A stretch of 63,472 nucleotides of DNA, filler included, from Welwitschia mirabilis (GCA_051453625.1; 6 parts of one record of this genome joined end to end with filler, not necessarily neighbours in it); one strand, 5' to 3'; counted from the first letter of the whole stretch, positions 1 to 13,087 are shown. Notes: generated from the letters alone by a model not told the origin. Numbers and translations are program-made.

Positions 1-1417
1 ATTATGGAAAAATAAATTGCTTTTCTTTATTTATTTCTAGTACTTCCACATGATCACTCTACTTTTTGGATTTTAGTTTTTGTTTTGACATAGTAGCTTA
101 TGAGTTTCTATCTTTTACAACTTTTTATTTTATCATCCATTGCTTGATAACATTAGCATACTTGACATTGTCATAATCATTGCCTCATTAAGTGGAACTT
201 TATAAATTTTTACATTATGTCAAATATCATTAATCAAGTAATTTTATACTTGTTACTAAGGGAATTTGTTAGGTTAGCATTTAGGGTAATAAAGCAATAT
301 TCTTTATGTTTTTAGTTGTCCATTTTCATTTTGTTTTTATTTTGTTGGATTTTGAAAGTCATTTATTCATACTTTTTTCAGCATCATATCATGGACCTAA
401 TTATTTTCTAGTTATGTTTTCGAAAGGATGGTTGTTTCTTTTTCACAGGTTTCCTTGATCAAATGAGTTCTAGCTTTCCATGCATTTGGGTACATTGAGG
501 CATCTTCGTGAGCTATACTTCTTCCCTTTAGTGCATTTTCTTCTACTATCTCCTTTTCCTCCTCCATCATGCTTTGTTTTTCAGGTTGATTCTTTGTTTT
601 TGCAGGTTGCTATCTTTTTTTTGTTGCTTGTCTGCATTCTTTGTTTTTCTGAAATTTTTCTAGCTTCACTTACCTTTCCAAATAGCTGTTTGATGTCTAT
701 CATCCACCTATGTCATCCCATGATAGAGTGGATGACACTCTCTTTTTTTGATGGTGCAATCCAAGATGTCTTACTTCTCCTGTGGAGGAAGGGGGTTGAG
801 GGGGAAGGGGGGATAGGACATACTTCTGGGCATTACTCTATTTTTTTAGCATAAAATTTTTAATTTCTAAGCCTTCATGATCTAATTTTATATTAGGTTG
901 TTTGAAGATGTTTTCATGCTATTTGTATAAATTCTTTATAGTATTCATGCATTTTATCATGCAAGATCCAGTAGCATTTTCACATGTTTTGGTATAGCCA
1001 TGTTTTTCGATCATCTGAATTATATATACTTACTTTTGTTCCTTGCCTTTTTGATGATACTAATGAATTTCAAGACATCATGTTTAATAAATAGCGCTAC
1101 TTAAGCTATTACATTAGTCCATTATCATTGTTCTATAATATGCATACACAGCTTCAATTTTTATGAGCCATCAAGTACCTTTTTATGATGATTACCATAT
1201 GTGTATTACATTTTTTTCATTTTATAGTGACATACATAAGTAGGGGGCTTAGGAAATTTTTTTAGCACTTATATTAATTACCTATTAATGATATCATTTT
1301 TCTATGAACTCAATTTGAATCCTTTTAAACATAGATTTATTTATCTTAGATAAATTAGCTCACAATCTAGTTGATCACTTGCTTTGTTAGGGACTGACAA
1401 GGCTAAGTAGAGGGCTA
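1..1417 (+). mobile_element. 3' internal region of an Athila-like Ty3/gypsy element (subfamily B), ending in a PPT; no accessory ORF visible
   Basis: Patchy similarity to 12170-12240 (gtccattttcattttg...aaagtcat). The pre-LTR block ttgttagggactgacaaggctaagtagagggcta matches 15459-15491. Confidence 0.7.
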
Positions 1418-2615
1418 TGTTGTGATGCTAATTTGTGAGTATTTGATAGTGTGTTTTGAGTACTTTTTTAGGACATTCATATAAGTTTTGATGCAATACT
1501 AATGACTATGAAGATGTGATAAGATGATCAATAAAACATGTAATACTTAGCATTTTTGGTAGTTTCTCAGGCTTGTTCTGATACTGTAGAAGTGGAAGAA
1601 GGGATTTATGATGAAAAAGACTAACTTACCTTGGAGAATGGAGCAAAGGAAGACTTTTGTCCCCTCAGTTGTCCCCATGACACCCACGATGACCAAACTG
1701 ATGACATGAATAGAGCCTGTGATACCGATAATAACACATGAAGCACATGTTGATAGGGCATCATTCGCTCAGTCGTCCAGACAACAGGCAGAACAATGGC
1801 ATCAGTAACATGTGCCAATAACCCATGGGATAGACGGTGTCATATGGGCATACAAACTAAGCAATTTAGACCACATCGTCCCCTCTGTCGTGTGGATGAC
1901 AGTCGAGATGACAACTGTTTTCACATGTTTACAATAAATATCATTGTAAATGGCATCAAATAACCCATGTGGGTTGTTAGGGTTTCTATTTCCCGCCTTT
2001 AGGGTTTTCCCTCCAAATCTTTAAGTAAAAAACTATAAATACCCTTTTCCTCCTTTATTTTCACTCCATCTTTTGTACTTGATACTTGTGATAGAAGATT
2101 GAAGGGCAAGAGATCCATCCTGTGCTATAGAAAGGAGTCTTCTTGGTGTCAGGCTGTGTCTCTTTCATTGAGATGCTGTTGTTCTGATTGTAAGTGGATG
2201 TTGTTCTAATTTCTCTTGGATTAATAAAATTTCCTCTTTCATTTTAATATTGTGAATGTCCCTTATAGTTTAAGTTAATTATAGTTAAGTGATAAGCTTT
2301 GATTTATTTTTATTATAAGGGCAACTTTGTTAAGGTTGATCTTGATTAGTAGTAGTAGATTTGCATGGTATTTTACTTCATTTCATTTCCATTTAGCATT
2401 CCATTTACTTGTTTATTTTATTTCAGTTTTTCTATAAGACAAAAAGAGCAAAAATACTTTGGCAAAGCAATTCTCTAACTCTAAGCCTAGTTTCCTTCGT
2501 TGGATTACGACATTTGGGTAAACTTCCATCTATACTAGAGTGTGTTTTCTACAAATTAATTGATTTACAGGTCTACCTAAAGGATTTTCAGATTGCATAA
2601 ATTCACACTGGAATA
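1418..2615 (+). repeat. 3' LTR of Athila-like subfamily B (~1.2 kb)
   Basis: Starts TGTTGTGATGC directly after the PPT, like the LTR at 15492. Its 3' end (2455-2615) aligns with the reverse complement of the LTR end at 32547-32707. Terminal CA has decayed to TA. Confidence 0.8.
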
Positions 2616-5472
2616 GTCTTTTCATAGCTGCCTGTTGATTGTAGTCTCCTCTACTTTTGGTATCTCTTGTTCTTCAATGCTAACCCTTATTTGTCTATGT
2701 GGTAAAGTAAAAGGTGAATGACTAGGAGTATTGAATGATCATTATTTTACTAAATTAGATGAGATTTATGAAGGGAAAAAGTTTGATAAACTTGGGGATT
2801 CTAACAATTGGGATTTATAACATAAATCATATTGGAAGGATGAAATCTCTGAAGTTAATTAAAATGTCTAATACCCAAATTGCTGAATTGTGTTTACACA
2901 AAATGATTTTCCAATTAAAGTTTCAAGTAATACAAGGAATAGTTATTATTTTGTTATAGCGATATGTGTCCTTGGAATGATAAGTGATATGTCATTATTG
3001 GTATTATCTCAAAAAAAAAATCAAGTAGCTCCTCTTCATGCTTTGAAAATTTACTTTTAACTGGTTGTGGATGCTTTGATAAAGTCAAGTGCTCATTTAT
3101 GTTTGTAGTTTCTATATGTAGTGCTAAACCATCACCAAATTGAATTACTTCTAAGACATCATGCTTGAGGGAGATCCCTGTTATGATTAAAATGGAGAAA
3201 TGAATTCCTTCCTTGGCTACTATTTTGCAGTGGACAAGACTTATGTTAGACAAGAAATTTTCTATCATGGTTACTTATCTTGAATTTCATCATGAGTTAT
3301 AATAGCAAATTACAGCCAGTTTCATGTTACAGATTACAGTTAACATCATCATACCTCTTTCGTCACAAATAGTACTCCCCCTCCAAAAGAAATGTTGATT
3401 CTTCTTAGGATAATAATGCATCCTTTTTAAGTTACATTACCAATGTAAATTCATACTCTACCAACGTGACAATATGCTCTACCCATTATTCTGCAATGTT
3501 TGAGAGTACTACATCTTTTAACTATATCATACCCTTTAGAACCACATCCAGGCAATCCAGCGATGCTGTTCATGTAACCTCTTCCTTCGCAAATGCCACT
3601 TATCAGGCTGCACCTACACCCATCTTTGACAGGTGTCCTCCATCATGCCATGAAGACTATCTCCATCCTTTATCAAGAGAGAAGGAGGGGATAGAGTGTG
3701 ATATATTTGAAAAAAAGAAAAATAAAAAATAATAAGAGGGAATTCCTCTCGGGGTCTTGGGTACCAATTCAAGTGTCATTGATGGGATGTTCCATAAAAA
3801 GTTCCAGTGGATATAAAAAAAAAGGGCATTAAAAACACCTTTAAAGACATCTTCAGTGCAGTGCTCATTCTTAGCCTAAAGAAAAAGTACATTGTTCTGG
3901 TGTATTATTCTTTATTAAACCCTGGGAAAGTTCAGGGCCATCAACATTTAGTTAATATGTAATTACTATTTAAAGGATACAAGCCTTACAGAAGGTTATT
4001 TAAATCATCCTCATCATTTCATCAATGTTAAATGTGGTGGTTGGAAGAACATATGACATGCGAGTTACAGTTTATCCTAAGGACTTGATAAGCTAGGCCA
4101 ATTCCCTATTAGTCCCATAAATTAAACCTTGAAATAACATGGTCTCACTGGGATTCCATATCAAGACCCTGTATTTGATAAAGGTGGAACTCACAAAGTG
4201 AAGTTAATAAGGATATATTCCATTTCTTTTCTATCCAAAAAAAAAGAAAAAGATTAGTTCATAGTTTTTTTGGGTTGGTATCTATCGAATCAACATTAGC
4301 CCCTTTCATAGAACTTCGTCATTCAACAATTCAGATTCATGTGATTGATGATCTAGAAGAGGATAGCCTCATTGAACTTTTGGACATTATAGCTTACCCC
4401 CTTTTTAACATAAGGTGGAATATGAATAAGCCTCATGTCAAAAAAAAAAAAGATAACTAAACACTTATATAACAAAGATTTCCATGTATGCAAGCCATTT
4501 TACTTCAAATGCCAAGATCCAAAATGACTAAAAAGGGATTCAAGCAAATAATAAGAACACAGCTCAAAGGAAATTTAAACATGTGCATAGAACAAATGGT
4601 GAATGTGTGATTCGATGGCAATGGAAGATGGCGAATGATGTAATAATGGAAATAATAGAGAGAAATGCATGATTGGCTAAAGTAGAAATAAATTAAACTA
4701 ATTGTATAACAGATGGAAGGTAATGAAAGGGGAGACAAACAAAATGAGACTGAGAATCAAGGAAAAGCATATGACAAAAGGAGTCTAGGCACTAATGGGT
4801 AATGAATTAGCTAAAAAGAAAATAGTCTTCAATAGATTTAGAGTAAATGTGAGAGATGACTTTGAGATAATCAATTGTGAATACCAGGAAAAGACTAGGT
4901 AGAAATGGACAAACAAAGATGTGAAGAAGATTGATTAAACATCTTTAAATGTTACCTTAAAAATGTTTATTAGTATGAATCATGAAATTATTCTATGTCA
5001 TTAACAATGGTTTAATTATAAACAACACAGAGTATCATGTGACTAGAACAGCGATTATGATGATGTCTATAGGTGTTCTATGGAGTATCGATGTAATGTC
5101 AGGACTATAGCTCAATCTAATCATCAGCTATAATAGCAAGTGAAACCTTGACAATTTTACTAAGCAATAATCAATATGTTCTGAATACTCACAAGGTCAT
5201 AGCTTTGGAGTTATGGAATATCAATTCAATGGAATTTTTAAAAATCACCATCTATCATGATGAGGGAAGTGCAACCACTGTCAAGAGCATAAGGATTCAC
5301 AATCTAAAGCCAGAATGTGACCAACTGATGCCCCGGTGAATTTCCCATAGCTACCATATCACACTACCAAAGGACCCTCTAGGGAATCTTTATCCTAGTG
5401 TACTTACGGTAGAACATCATGATTTTTTTTTTTGGAACATTGATTGATCATTAAGATGATAAAGTATAAGAT
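2616..5472 (-). mobile_element. 3' internal region of a diverged Athila-like element, cut by the LTR ending at 2615
   Basis: 4840-4935 resembles 60120-60215, and 5255-5422 is homologous to 11680-11845 and 60549-60850. Confidence 0.6.
2650..3700 (-). pseudogene. Diverged, stop-riddled retrotransposon accessory ORF remnant; boundaries approximate
   Basis: The frame of ORF 2954..3268 extended upstream reads MNLHW*CNLKRMHYYPKKNQHFF, similar to LRWI...YYASETREFY. A downstream LFPFINLI resembles LPYxxLI. It lies 3' of the conserved island at 5255-5422, the same position as in the other copies. Confidence 0.4.
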
Positions 5473-5937
5473 NNNNNNNNNNNNNNNNNNNNNNNNNNNN
5501 NNNNNNNNNNNNNNNNNNNNNNNNNNNNNNNNNNNNNNNNNNNNNNNNNNNNNNNNNNNNNNNNNNNNNNNNNNNNNNNNNNNNNNNNNNNNNNNNNNNN
5601 NNNNNNNNNNNNNNNNNNNNNNNNNNNNNNNNNNNNNNNNNNNNNNNNNNNNNNNNNNNNNNNNNNNNNNNNNNNNNNNNNNNNNNNNNNNNNNNNNNNN
5701 NNNNNNNNNNNNNNNNNNNNNNNNNNNNNNNNNNNNNNNNNNNNNNNNNNNNNNNNNNNNNNNNNNNNNNNNNNNNNNNNNNNNNNNNNNNNNNNNNNNN
5801 NNNNNNNNNNNNNNNNNNNNNNNNNNNNNNNNNNNNNNNNNNNNNNNNNNNNNNNNNNNNNNNNNNNNNNNNNNNNNNNNNNNNNNNNNNNNNNNNNNNN
5901 NNNNNNNNNNNNNNNNNNNNNNNNNNNNNNNNNNNNN

Positions 5938-8900
5938 TCAGATTTGACACAAATCAATACTAGGACAGAAGAACATGACGCATTGAATTTCATAGATGTA
6001 TAAATGTCTTATGATTGGGTGAGATCCAATCTTACCATTATAAATTTCCCAAAATAGGAAAACTACTTTCATGAAAACTCGAATGTAGTTTAACATAGGA
6101 CCAAACGAAGTCAACAATCAAATACAGAAATGACTTTAACCAGGAAACTCTGCTAAGGAGTTATTTAGATAAAGATGAAAAAAAGCCTCAACTCTCGATC
6201 AAGAGAGTCTTCATACTCAATCGATTCTATCATGCCAAAAATATTATAATAATCATTAATGTAATCTTAGTTGTTGTTCATTAATAGTAAGTTCTTTCTT
6301 AGCATCTAAATTAAAAATCTCAACAAAATCATTTAAAATGCATTTCTTTGTAAAGTAAGACTTTGACCACTTAACAGTTAACCTAATGTAAAGATGTACC
6401 CAAACATAATGCAACGAAATGAGATGAATTAACTAAGAAAAATATCATTGACAAGTTCAAGCATGATTGAGTGCAAAGTGAAAATTAAGAACTACATGAC
6501 GAATTATTGAAGAAAAGAGAATGAGTAGGTAAAACATGCTGTTATCAAGTGGAAGAATGGGTTTTTTGCATAAGAAGGTAGCATGGAAGAGCTTTATATA
6601 ATAAAATGTAGGTGGATGCAATGAACTACTATGACTAAAAATGATGAGTACAAGAAGTTAGAACTTTAGAATGCAAGAAAATGATTATGAGCTCATGGGC
6701 AAATCATCGAGAACAAACGGAACCTAGCCAGAATCTAAGAGTTCTGCATTAGAAATTTGTGAAACTTTGAGTTTATAAGGATCTATAGGATCATGTTCAA
6801 AGTGCAAAAATGAAACGATTATCTTTTCTAGGATTCGAGGTGATGACGAGAAAGGCGCTCAAGATCATGCCTTAACATTTGCCACTGTATGATTTCTTTC
6901 GAGTGGCACTGAGATCTTTGATTCGATGAATTAAGCTTTTGGTAAGGTAACGAAATAATTGCCCCCCTATCCATAATCCAAGGACAACCTATAAGTAAAT
7001 TGAATGTAGTAGTATTATTAATTACATGAAATTTAATGTCCTTAACTTTTTGAGTTACCTTTACTAGTAAGGTGAGTGTTCCTTTGGATTTATCTTCACG
7101 ATCATTGAAGCCTCTAATTGTAATACTTTCTTTGAATCTAGTAGGTGTTACAAGTTCAGTTTATCTAAACAGAACGATTCAATGATATTTAATTTAGCCC
7201 CAGAATCGATAAAGGATCTAGCTACTTTAGTAGATCCAATGTTTATCAAAATGTAGGGTGGTTCAATGATTATGATTTTTCGAGAAGTGGATGATATTTC
7301 TTCAGGTTGAAGTTGAATCACTTCATGATCCTCATCATTTTTCTGAACATCTACTTGATTTTAAGTAGGTTCTTATTTTAGAGGTATTTTCAATGTTAAG
7401 CGTTCCTCACATAATCTTTCAAAGGCTTGTCTATGAGGTTTAGAGTTTTTGATTAATGAAGACAGATGGTTATACGTTTCCTCTATTTTAGAGACATGCG
7501 ATTGTAATTGAATGTTTAGTCAAGGAGTGGATCAACTTCGAATGTCTTCATGAGTTATTATAGTTTTTCTTTGTTTTCTTATATGATTTATTCTAATGAT
7601 TCATCGCCTGTTCTTTGATTACCCAAATCACGTAAGGAGCATTGTCATCTTGAATTATCACATTTTATGGTGTTTGCGACGTAGAGGCTTAAGTTAGAAA
7701 AGGGATCTTATAGATCTCAAGCTGATTATTTGCAGCTACAAGGATCATGTCGAATTTAATATCCTTGATAATGTCTTAGACGATATGTTTTAAGTTGAAA
7801 TAGTTCTCAGTATGATGTCCCCTAATCCTATGATATTCATAGTACTTTAACTTACCATAGCTTTTAGGTTTCAAAGCGTTTAGGTTTTTTCCCCTGATTG
7901 GAGGTAGTTGGAGTGGCCCCTTTCATAGTAGAATAGAAAGAATCTTCATCAAAGGTATTTCTAACATAGTGAACTTTCTCCTAGGTCTTTGAATTAAGTT
8001 TTGGTATTGAGCTTGATTCTGGTCTTAATTTTGAGTTGGATATGCCGGTTGCTGAGTTTGAGGCTATTGTTAAAATGGTTGGAGTTGTTGTTATTAAGAT
8101 GGTTGTATTTATTGTAAGCTCTATAGTTGTTAAGGAGGCAAGTAATAAGTTTGTCCTAAAACTGGCTAAAACATAAAAGCATTTGGATAGAAAGGAGGTT
8201 ATGATTATGCTTGTTATACAATTGGACTAGCGATCAGTTAAGATGAGTAGTTTTATTGAGGAGGTTAAGTAGGTTGAGAGGTTTGATCAACTGCTATGAC
8301 ATTCTTTGAATTGTTTGTTTTGTTGTTGTTGTTGTCTTTTCTCATTGATTCACCTTGTGAAGTATTGCCCTATTTTCTGGTACCTTTTTCTCTACCTACA
8401 ACTTCAATTCTTCTTGCTAATGTCACAAATTATTCAAACGTTTCGAATGCTTATATTTTGAAGTGTTCAGAAATACATGGAATGCATGACTTAGCGAAGA
8501 GGTATGCCATATTAGAGTCCACAATGGGGGTTTCTAACTATAAGGCAGTAACCCTCCATCATCGTGCATAACCTTGAATGATTTCACTAAACTATTGTTT
8601 CATTGTCGTTAAAGAATCTAATCTCATTCTTTTTGTGATCTTGATTGAATAATGTTATACGAACATCTCAAATAGTTGTTTTAGATCTATGACAGAGTGA
8701 GTTAGTAGGTAATGGTACCATTCGAGAGCTTGTCATCTAAGAGATCAACAAAATAAATGACACCTAGTGTTTCGCTCCATGTTATAAATGTGATATGAGT
8801 GCTTAAAATTTCTAACATGAATAACAGGGTCTTCAACACCTATAAATTTCTCAAAATCGGGCATTTTTCTAGGTGAGATGACTTTGTAATGGGCAGAAGG

Positions 8901-8967
8901 GTGAATTGGTGTATCATCAAAGTCCAGAGGTAATTTTTCTTAGTTTGAAGGCCTTATTTAATGTCAT
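5938..8967 (-). pseudogene. Ty3/gypsy gag-protease remnant, Tat/Ogre-like
   Basis: Minus-strand translation gives gag MPDFEKFIGVEDPVIHVRNF and ALEWYHYL, a Q/N/P-rich linker, then protease PPYILINIGSTKVARSFIDSGAKLNII (~7190-7265) and AIISLPYQKL. Many stops and frameshifts. Confidence 0.7.
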
Positions 8968-9067
8968 NNNNNNNNNNNNNNNNNNNNNNNNNNNNNNNNN
9001 NNNNNNNNNNNTTAATTAATTAANNNNNNNNNNNNNNNNNNNNNNNNNNNNNNNNNNNNNNNNNNNN
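8968..9067. other. Artificial scaffold linker (44N-TTAATTAATTAA-44N)
   Basis: Identical 100-nt construct occurs five times; the 12-mer has stops in all six frames. Confidence 0.97.
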
Positions 9068-10611
9068 TCATGTGTGATGCTAGTAATTTTACTGTGGGTG
9101 CGGTATTTTTTCCAAAAGTATAAGAAGGATTTTAAAGTTATATCTTACCATAGGAAGTCATTATCTAGAGAACAAATGAACTATACTACTACAGAAAAAG
9201 AAATGCTTGCCATTATCTTTTGCCTTGGTTCTCTTAGATACTATCTTTTAGGCTTTTACATGAATGTTTATACCAACTATACGCCTTATGACCAAGAAAT
9301 ATTCTAGCGCTCATTTGATTAAATGGATCCTTCTTATGCAAGAATTTAATTTAACCATCATAGATAAAGTAGGGAAGCACAATTCTGTGGTCGATCATTT
9401 TTCTCGACTTTCTTCTCCTCCAGATGACTTTCTCATTGATGATTCCTTTCCTGACGAGTAGCTTTTCACTATTTCTTCTTCTCATCCTCCTCCATAGTAT
9501 GCCAACATTGTCAACTATCTTGTAACTATGACAACACCATAACATTGGACCTATTTCCAGCGTAAATCTTTTCTCCATCATATAGGTAACTACGAGTGGA
9601 TCAAGCCACATTTGCACCGTAGGTGCAAAGACCAGATTATGAGAAAATGTGTGCCTAATTAGGAAATACATGAGATTCTTCATCTTTGTCATAGTGGTAT
9701 TTATGGAGGACATTTTAGTGGACACAAAACTGCCATGAAAATCCTCCATTCTGGTTTTTACTGGCCTTTTCTTTTTCGAAATTCATTTGATTTCATTAGA
9801 AGGTGTAATCCTTATCAGCATTTTAGTAGCCTTGTTCATTCATAGGAAATGCCCCTTAGACCTATTCTTGAGTGTGAGTCTTTTGATTATTGGGGTATTG
9901 ATTTTAAAGGCCCTATTCACCCACCTTTTTTTAAATAAAAATTACATTTTAGTGGCTATTAATTACATGACTAAATGAGTTTAAGCCATATCTACTTCTT
10001 TGAATGATGCTCAAATTGTCTATCATTTTCTTAGAACTCATATCTTTTAGAGGTTTTTTTTTCCTATAGTCATCATTAGTGATCAGGGTACTCATTTCAT
10101 AAATTCACTTTTTAAGAAACTTCTTATATCTATAGGTATTAAGCATAGAATAGCTTATGCTTATCATCCACAAAAAAATGGACAAGCTAAAAATGCTAAA
10201 AGAGAAATAAAGAAAATGCTTCAAAAACTTATCTCTATTAATAAAAAAAACTTGGACTTCTAAGCTTAACAATGTAATTTGGGCCTATCATACTACTCAG
10301 TGTACTTCTATTGGTTTCTCATCTTATGAACTTATTTATGATAAAGTTTGTATTTTACCAGTTGATGTGTGTTACAATTCTTATCGTACAACTCATCAAC
10401 TCAATCCTATGGACTTTTTTGAAAATCTTAAGTACAGGTTAGCACAATTAAATCATCTTGATGAAAAAAGAACTACTACCATACATCGTCAATTAATTCA
10501 TAAAGCTCAAGTAAAGTTTAAACATGATAAAAGAATTTTTCATAAAAAGTTTGAACTAGGTCAATTTGTTTTGTTGTATAACACTAGAGTTCATCTTTTG
10601 AATAAGAAATT
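9068..10611 (+). pseudogene. Athila-like pol remnant: RNase H and integrase
   Basis: CDASNF, NYTTTEKEMLAIIF, KWILLMQEFNLTIIDK, DDSFPDE, zinc-binding CHSGIYGGHF...GFYWP, WGIDFKGP, ISDQGTHF, AYHPQKNGQ. Disrupted. Confidence 0.9.
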
Positions 10612-13087
10612 NNNNNNNNNNNNNNNNNNNNNNNNNNNNNNNNNNNNNNNNNNNNNNNNNNNNNNNNNNNNNNNNNNNNNNNNNNNNNNNNNNNNNNNNN
10701 NNNNNNNNNNNNNNNNNNNNNNNNNNNNNNNNNNNNNNNNNNNNNNNNNNNNNNNNNNNNNNNNNNNNNNNNNNNNNNNNNNNNNNNNNNNNNNNNNNNN
10801 NNNNNNNNNNNNNNNNNNNNNNNNNNNNNNNNNNNNNNNNNNNNNNNNNNNNNNNNNNNNNNNNNNNNNNNNNNNNNNNNNNNNNNNNNNNNNNNNNNNN
10901 NNNNNNNNNNNNNNNNNNNNNNNNNNNNNNNNNNNNNNNNNNNNNNNNNNNNNNNNNNNNNNNNNNNNNNNNNNNNNNNNNNNNNNNNNNNNNNNNNNNN
11001 NNNNNNNNNNNNNNNNNNNNNNNNNNNNNNNNNNNNNNNNNNNNNNNNNNNNNNNNNNNNNNNNNNNNNNNNNNNNNNNNNNNNNNNNNNNNNNNNNNNN
11101 NNNNNNNNNNNNNNNNNNNNNNNNNNNNNNNNNNNNNNNNNNNNNNNNNNNNNNNNNNNNNNNNNNNNNNNNNNNNNNNNNNNNNNNNNNNNNNNNNNNN
11201 NNNNNNNNNNNNNNNNNNNNNNNNNNNNNNNNNNNNNNNNNNNNNNNNNNNNNNNNNNNNNNNNNNNNNNNNNNNNNNNNNNNNNNNNNNNNNNNNNNNN
11301 NNNNNNNNNNNNNNNNNNNNNNNNNNNNNNNNNNNNNNNNNNNNNNNNNNNNNNNNNNNNNNNNNNNNNNNNNNNNNNNNNNNNNNNNNNNNNNNNNNNN
11401 NNNNNNNNNNNNNNNNNNNNNNNNNNNNNNNNNNNNNNNNNNNNNNNNNNNNNNNNNNNNNNNNNNNNNNNNNNNNNNNNNNNNNNNNNNNNNNNNTCTA
11501 ATGGTTTTTAAAATTTAGGTTATTTGTAAGTGTTCTTTTTTGTCTTTTATCTTAATTATTCACCTTCATATTTCTTGAGTGTATGATCATGTGGGAATTT
11601 TAATTGAAAAAAGAAGAAGAAGAAGAATAAAAACAAATAAAGTCCATGATGTTTTTTATTTATTTTATCTCAAAAACATGGTCATCATAATGTCCTACTA
11701 CAAGTACATTAGGGCAAATATTTCCAAGAGGAGCCTTTAGCAGTGTAATATGGTAGTTATGGGAACTCCACTAGGAGGTCGATTGGCCATGCTTTGCAGG
11801 TCTTTACTCCTCTGACAATGGTTGCACTCCCCTCATCATGGTAAAAGAAATAAAAAACTTTGAGGTTAGGGATCAGTGATGTTCTTGGTGTCATTAAAGG
11901 CATTGCTTGTTTCCTAGACTCTTAGTATTCCCACTTGATCATTTCACTTTTAAAGATTCTAATGAGTTTGTAGAGAGAAAGTAGATGAGTTCATTTTTAA
12001 GTAACTTTTGATTTTGACATTCATTGTTCTAAACACTTGAAACTTTGGATATCACCATAACCACCGCCTTTTTGTATGAACTCATGCATATTTACTTAAT
12101 TGATGTTATGATGTTTTCCTTGGGAGTTTTCTAAGTTAATACTTAAGATAGGTAAATAATCTTCTCCTTGTGCCTTCTGTCCATTTTCATTTTGGTTTTC
12201 TTCGGTTTTCGAGTCTACTTTTCAAAGTCATATCTACATGTTTTTTATTTCTTCTTAAGACCTTAATCATTTAGTAGTTCTCTTATTGTTCCATCATGAT
12301 AAAATGTTTTTCTCAAAATGAATTTTCATAAAAAAACAATATTTTAAAAGAATGACTTTTTCCAATCTTCATGAGTTCCCTTGTAGGTTATTGAGTTCTA
12401 AGTCTATCATGCATTCATTATTCTGNNNNNNNNNNNNNNNNNNNNNNNNNNNNNNNNNNNNNNNNNNNNNNNNNNNNNNNNNNNNNNNNNNNNNNNNNNN
12501 NNNNNNNNNNNNNNNNNNNNNNNNNGGTTATTGAGTTCTAAGTCTATCATGCATTCATTATTCTGTTTGGGAACATTTATTTAGTTTTTATTAAAGGTTT
12601 TTAACCCAGATAATCTATTTTCTTCAGCCATAGTTTTTCCTTTTTGTATGTTTCTATTCCTCTTCCTTTGATTTTTTTTCTATTTTTATCGTATTTTCTC
12701 TATGCTTTATGAGTTTTTTGTCTTTTTCCTTTTTAGAACTGTCACTTTAAAGATCCTATCTAAGATTAACTTTCTTATCTAATGATTTTATTCTAAAAAA
12801 TGTTTTTTATCCCCCATTTCCCCCCTTGTTGCCTAGACGACACTGTGGTGAACGACAGACTAATTTTTACTGTTAGTGTCTTAAGTATGTCGTCGGGATG
12901 ACACGACCAGACAACAGTGTGATAAAAGTGCTGTCCAAACCCTTTTATCTTTATTTTCACTCATTTTCTCATCATTATCCTTTGTTCATTTAATAGATGA
13001 TGACCCCTCTGGCTAGTAGCAGGATTTTAGGACTTGTCCTGCCTAATTTCATGGCTAGATTTGGAAGATTTCTTCAAATTCGCAGAA

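Noticed and set aside
784-818. G-rich tract as a G-quadruplex
   Set aside because: Only three long G-runs; better explained as an expanded version of the purine tract at ~13505.
480-854. 124-aa hydrophobic ORF as a membrane or envelope protein
   Set aside because: The F/L richness reflects T-rich non-coding LTR-element sequence, and the frame has no counterpart in related copies.
5417-5993. Long ORFs made of X residues (also 10367, 17699, 38290, 59038 and others)
   Set aside because: They read through N gaps.
9012-9023. Recurring palindrome TTAATTAATTAA as a biological motif
   Set aside because: Always centred in exactly 44 N on each side; it is an assembly linker.
12386-12565. Direct repeat flanking an N gap (also 59020-59575 and 60558-60750)
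   Set aside because: Near-exact duplicates at contig ends are unmerged overlaps, not real duplications.
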